Source: Sphyrna mokarran
Taxonomy: Eukaryota
Assembly: GCA_024679065.1 (NCBI GenBank)
Contig: JAGIQG010000024.1
Location: forward strand, 3,100,001-3,164,000
Length of the DNA: 64,000 nucleotides
Direction: 5' to 3'
A program made the translations under genes and the position numbers. The first letter of the stretch is position 1. The number at the start of each line of letters is the position of its first letter. Positions 60,859-64,000 of this stretch are shown one piece after another. The notes under the pieces were generated by a model. It saw only the letters and a program-made list of their open reading frames with translations, searched no databases and was not told the DNA's origin.

Positions 60859-63499
60859 CTACAACCATCTAAGAGATTTCTTTGGAACATCAAATCAACT
60901 TGTAAACTGTCTACAGGATGTCAGGAATAGGATGAATCAAATTATTGGTTTCCGGGTGAGCAAAATGGCAACACAATCTATTTTAAAAACAAGATTATTT
61001 ACTAACGCCTCAACGTTAAAAGATTTATGGTTCTTCCAGTCTTAACAATTCTCAAATCATTTTAAATATAATTCAAACGTTAATTTTCATTGGATTAATC
61101 ACCAACTGTAAGAAATTTTAAGCCAAAAGATTTGGCTTTGTGTGCCTCTGAACTAGCTGCGAAGTCACATCCAATATAATCTGTGTAACTGTTTTGCATC
61201 TCCTCTCCAGTATTTTATCAATAATCAGGGTCTCTCAGTTGACTCTTTTTAGCCACTCAGGTCCTGCTGCCTCTCCTGAGATTTCCAGCCTGTCCACAGT
61301 TTATCATTTTGTATCATTGATGTTTGCATCTCATTTTAATATTGAACTGAATTAGATCAGATTAATTGCTATAATCCAAATTAATTTTAAGCACACTAGA
61401 ATTTTCCCAGCCTCTTCAATCTGTCTCCATTTTCATCCAGATCAATTTTTGATTTTAAGGAAGCTTCAGCACCAGTTCCACCTATTCAAATCAAAGTGCT
61501 TCCAAATTTGAATATGTTTGAATCATTCATTACCACATTTATAAATATCATTCAAAAATAAAAATTAAACAATAAAATTAATTTCATTATAGCCTTAGTC
61601 TAATTTAGTTCAATTAGATAAAACAAATTCACTTATAATGAGAATAAATGAGCTTACCATCTTACTTATCCCTATTTTCCAAGTAGAAAGTTACACGTTT
61701 TGTTAGAAGATTAACATTATAAAAAAAGTTAAATATTTCTTTTGTGGTACAAAGTTTTGGAAAATGATTATCATTTTAAGATAACAGATTCTATTCAGCA
61801 TTTATCTGACAGGTCGAAACGTACTCCCCACTTAAAAGTCAAATTCTCTAGAGATGGGGATACAATACTTTAGCATGTTATAAAAATCTTAACTAAATAA
61901 GTAAAAATGATAAGATTTTTATTTTTTAAGAGCAGCGTTCGACTTAGCTGCTAATTATTGGCTCAAAATGTTTGTTGAAATATTTTACTGAAAGTGTGCC
62001 GTTTCCAAGTTAAGTCAAATGTGAGCGTTCCCACAAATCAATGGGAAATGCATAATACTGCATCTGAAAAAGGAAAGTTCAATCTTCCATCTGTTTTGAG
62101 GCAGTATGTAACAGCTGGGCATCAGCAAGCACACAATTCGCGTGCTCCGGGCTAGAGTTTAACTCCAATTACCATGAGCAGCCATCCTAGGCAAATGTTA
62201 GCTAAATAAAAGGGCTGTGATGTCCCCAGAGTGTGAAATAATCCACTATTAATCATACCAATAGTCAAAAATTAGCAATAATCAAAATCAAGCTAACATA
62301 AAACCTTATTTAAAAGCATTAACTGAACAGGAAATCACATTACTTGGAGCACAAGGAATACATGAAAAGCCTAAAACCAAAAGAGAAAATGCTGGAAAAT
62401 CTGTCAGTATCTGTAAGGCACAAAGAGCTGACGCTCGAGTCCAAATGACTTTTTGTCAAAGCTCATGAAAAGTCTAAGCGGTTTGCATTTTTATTTGTAC
62501 AATTAAATATCTCAGTGATATTACTGCATTACAAATAATATTAACAAACTCAACATACAGGATCAATTAGCAATTATATCAATTAGCAATTGATATAAAA
62601 TAATTCAACCAGTTAAGAATACTTTTTCTATCTGCTAATGTTTCTTAATACATGGTATACTACTAATGCTTTTACTATACTCCAAATATTTTTTCTAGTT
62701 CAAAGATTTATGGATAATTCAGAACCATACCTACAGATTGAAGGTATTTTGATAACCAAGTTGTGTGGTAATTGTACATGTTTTTCTTTTGGGACAATTA
62801 TTCGAATCTAATTCATTACTGCACTTAAAACATTGACATTACTAAAATCTAATATTTTTTGAACACGAGATCCATGTCTACTAATAGATGAATACATCCT
62901 CAACAAGCTTCTTAGCAAGTTTTTAACTGTTAGAATCTTTTCTAAAAATACTTTATCCCTTCTACACTGTTGATACTTGGGCAAATTTACTGAACTTAAT
63001 TGCATCAATTTTTTTAAAAATAAGTGATCACTAAATCTGGCTCAAATTTACTCCACTAAAACCGTACTAATTTCAATTATTACTTGTATACATTTGAAGT
63101 TCTTAAGAATGTTACAAAACACCATAAAGCAAGAATTCATAAGGTTTTTAAAACCTTTGAAGTGTACAAAGTATATGAACTCATTTTATTTAAAAAATGT
63201 TGGGAATCCTTGCATGTATTTTGATGCATAGGTCACAAATGTATCTTAATAGTGTAAACTCAAATCCAAACCAAATATTTTGGCATATCTATCCTAGATA
63301 GACCAAACAAAACAATATTAAATTCAGAGAGTAACTTGAAATGCATAAGACTACACTATATAGAGAATTCTTTTAACTAGCATCCCAACAATTACTTTTC
63401 AAAATAGCTCACTAAAATCTAATATCATTTTCTACACCTTATCTTTGTCACCCATATACTTGACTATTTTAACATAGTCCCAGCTGGACTCCACATGCC

Positions 63500-63905
63500 C
63501 TACACTGCACAAATTTGAGACCAAAATTCTACTGCCTGAGCTTTTACTCAAAAGTTCCATTGCCTCTACACTCATTGTCTCCCACAGTAAGCAAATCAAC
63601 TTTAGAAATTCATATCCTTATTTTTAAATCCATGGTCTCAGCTCTCCTCTACCCTGACCACCTCCAGCTCCAGAACAATGCAAGATCTCTCAACATTCCC
63701 CAACCTTACCAGATCCCCAATTACCTTTACTCCCCAACTGACAGCCTTGCTTACAACTGCCCTAGTCCCCAAGATCTGGAATTCCCTCCTAAATCTAAGA
63801 GGCCTCTTAAAACTCTCTTTGACCAAACTTTGAACCACTTACCCCAATGTCCTTGTGAAACGCGGTGTCAAATGCTGCTTTATAATAGGTGCTTCAAATA
63901 CACCT
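63500..63905 (+). mobile_element. decayed L2-like LINE 3' fragment
   Basis: aaattcatatccttatttttaaatcc...ctggaattccctcctaaatct...ctctttgaccaaactttg; reverse of the 28100-28400 type. Confidence 0.55.
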
Positions 63906-64000
63906 ACTTTTCTTTACAAATATTTATGCTACACTTAAACATCGTCCATTTATTTTCTCCAACGTTCCACTGTTTGTAACCCGGGACAAAGTGAATCTGG

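Overview
Vertebrate genomic DNA, most likely a cartilaginous fish, judged from the HE1/V-SINE-like, Deu-SINE, CR1, Rex1/Babar, RTE and Penelope repeat content. It holds three host genes. (1) A complete 4-exon B7-family gene (signal peptide, IgV, IgC, TM) on the minus strand, 8651-3768, 282 aa. (2) PNRC2 on the plus strand, with a single coding exon at 42522-42971 and a CpG-island promoter carrying a CCAAT-box minisatellite. (3) SRSF10 on the minus strand, exon 2 to the last exon; exon 1 lies beyond the right edge. SRSF10 has a 9.9-kb U12-type intron that appears to end in AT rather than AC and contains a GA-rich poison-type exon. Much of the rest is nested retroelement debris. The main unexplained signals are: a CR1 LINE family whose 3'UTR carries a splice acceptor, a ~120-nt structured RNA domain and a V-SINE body; minimal hammerhead ribozyme motifs in Penelope-derived repeats; a candidate HDV-like ribozyme at the 5' end of an RTE LINE; and a cysteine-free IgC domain plus a transmembrane Glu in the B7-like protein. 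All calls were made by eye, and repeat boundaries are approximate.
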